Positions 62,882-64,000 of a stretch of 64,000 bases of DNA are shown piece after piece. The stretch spans positions 28,825-92,824 of the forward strand of contig CAMCQY010000001.1 of NCBI GenBank assembly GCA_945877135.1, given 5' to 3'. The notes below the pieces were generated by a model, which worked only from the letters and a program-made list of their open reading frames with translations, did not search any database and was not told the origin of the DNA. Origin of the DNA: Candidatus Kuenenia stuttgartensis (GTDB lineage: Bacteria; Planctomycetota; Planctomycetia; Pirellulales; UBA1268). Positions within the stretch are counted from its first letter, which is position 1. Every line of letters starts with the position of its first letter. Made by a program: the position numbers and the translations under genes.

Positions 62882-64000
62882 CTACCCGCGCTTCTTGCGA
62901 CGGGCGTCCTTCTCTCGCTGCTTCTTCTGCTTGCGGCGTTCATCGGCGGTGAGCCGCTTGCCCGTGTCACCCTTCGGCCTGCCGAGCCGCCCGGCAGGAT
63001 TGGTCATCTGCGTCTGCAGCCGCTGCACTTCACGGAGGCGGTCTCGCATGCCCAGCCCCGCCATGCCCTTCATCATCGCGCTCATGCCATCAAACTGCTT
63101 GACTAGGTCACTCACCTCCCGCGGATCGACGCCCGCCCCAGCGGCGATACGGCGGCGGCGTGACTGATCGACCACACGCGATGGGTTCCGCCGCTCGGCA
63201 GGCGTCATCGCATCAATGATGCCGAAGAGACGGTTGACGTCCTTGTCGAGATCGGTGCCTGCGAGCATCTCCTGCATGCCGCCCATGCCCGGTATCATGC
63301 CGAGCACCTTGCCCAGCGGGCCCAGGCGGCGGGTCTGCATCAGCACCTTCTTGAAGTCGTCGAGCGTGAACTCGCCCGAGCGGAGCCGTTCCTCCTGCCG
63401 CTTCATCTCGTCTTGGTCAAACTTCCGCTGCGCTTCTTCGACGAGCGTGACGACGTCACCCATGCCGAGAATCCGCCCGGCCATCCGCTCGGCGTGGAAA
63501 TCCTCGAGGGCGTCGATCTGCTCGCCGGTGCCGACAAACTTGATCGGCACCCCTGTCACGGTCTTCACCGACAAGGCGGCGCCGCCGCGGGCGTCGCCGT
63601 CGAGTTTCGTCATGATGACGCCGTCGAGTTCGAGTGCTTCGTTGAAGGCTTTGGCGCTCTTCACGGCATCCTGCCCGGTCATGGCATCGACCACGAGGTA
63701 GACCTGGTCGGGGCCCACGGTGCGGTCGATCTTCGTGAGCTCCTGCATGAGGGCCTCGTCGATCGAGAGGCGGCCGGCCGTGTCGAGGATGACGACGGAG
63801 ATGCCCTCTTTCTCCGCACGAGCCACGCCAGCGCGGCAGACAGCCACCGGATCGGTGACCCCGTCCGGCACGTGCACCGGCACGCCGATCTGCCGGCCCA
63901 GCACCGCCAACTGCTCGATGGCCGCCGGACGCTGGAGGTCGGCAGCCACGAGCATCACGCCCCGTCCCTGCTCCTTGATCCGCTTCGCCAGCTTTCCGCA
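62882..64000 (-). CDS. ffh: Signal recognition particle protein Ffh (5' end outside window)
   Basis: The frame is open to the window edge ([31 protein letters not shown]). It has [20 protein letters not shown], a Met-rich M domain and a basic tail. Confidence 0.95.
   Translation of the reverse strand, partial: CGKLAKRIKEQGRGVMLVAADLQRPAAIEQLAVLGRQIGVPVHVPDGVTDPVAVCRAGVARAEKEGISVVILDTAGRLSIDEALMQELTKIDRTVGPDQVYLVVDAMTGQDAVKSAKAFNEALELDGVIMTKLDGDARGGAALSVKTVTGVPIKFVGTGEQIDALEDFHAERMAGRILGMGDVVTLVEEAQRKFDQDEMKRQEERLRSGEFTLDDFKKVLMQTRRLGPLGKVLGMIPGMGGMQEMLAGTDLDKDVNRLFGIIDAMTPAERRNPSRVVDQSRRRRIAAGAGVDPREVSDLVKQFDGMSAMMKGMAGLGMRDRLREVQRLQTQMTNPAGRLGRPKGDTGKRLTADERRKQKKQREKDARRKKRG

Overview
This is a high-GC bacterial chromosomal window. 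The gene content suggests a Planctomycetota-like genome: an ECF sigma factor paired with a Ser/Thr kinase, a Tat-signal Gfo/Idh/MocA oxidoreductase, a type III glutamine synthetase, CsrA, and many lipobox or secreted hypothetical proteins. That assignment is inference only, because no database search was possible. All product names come from motifs I recognise in the supplied translations. I call 56 protein-coding genes. Two are cut by the window edges and one is a 29-codon basic sORF too short for the ORF track. I also call one tRNA-Gly(GCC) and several intergenic repeat families. Many first-M positions in the ORF track are GTG or TTG codons or lie upstream of the real start. I re-set starts where a ribosome-binding site, signal peptide or family N-terminus supported it. 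Housekeeping content includes hemX-like/hemA/zwf, hemE, panB, tig-clpP-clpP, gap, glnN-rsmG and ffh-rpsP-trmD-rplS-yraN. It also includes a PhoB/PhoR-like two-component pair, a PiT transporter, a P-type ATPase and miaE. The most interesting region is a tightly packed, co-directional nine-gene envelope cluster at 30163-39457. It combines a MacB-type ABC ATPase and FtsX-type permease with two paralogous proteins that carry an invariant A-C-P-F-C motif directly after the signal peptide. It also holds two DUF3299-like proteins with a vicinal CC motif, a DUF4239-like membrane protein, an orphan Tat-signal AmiC/UrtA-like binding protein and an AIM24-family protein. A sigma-54-type promoter candidate and a 131-bp inverted-repeat element sit inside the cluster. 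Only the ABC plus DUF3299 core resembles anything I know as described (zinc-responsive Zrg-type operons). Other notable items are a G6PD with a C-terminal cyclic-nucleotide-binding domain, an SDR lacking the catalytic Tyr/Lys, an LRAT/NlpC-P60-like protein, a P1B-5-like ATPase and a dispersed hairpin repeat at seven or more intergenic loci.
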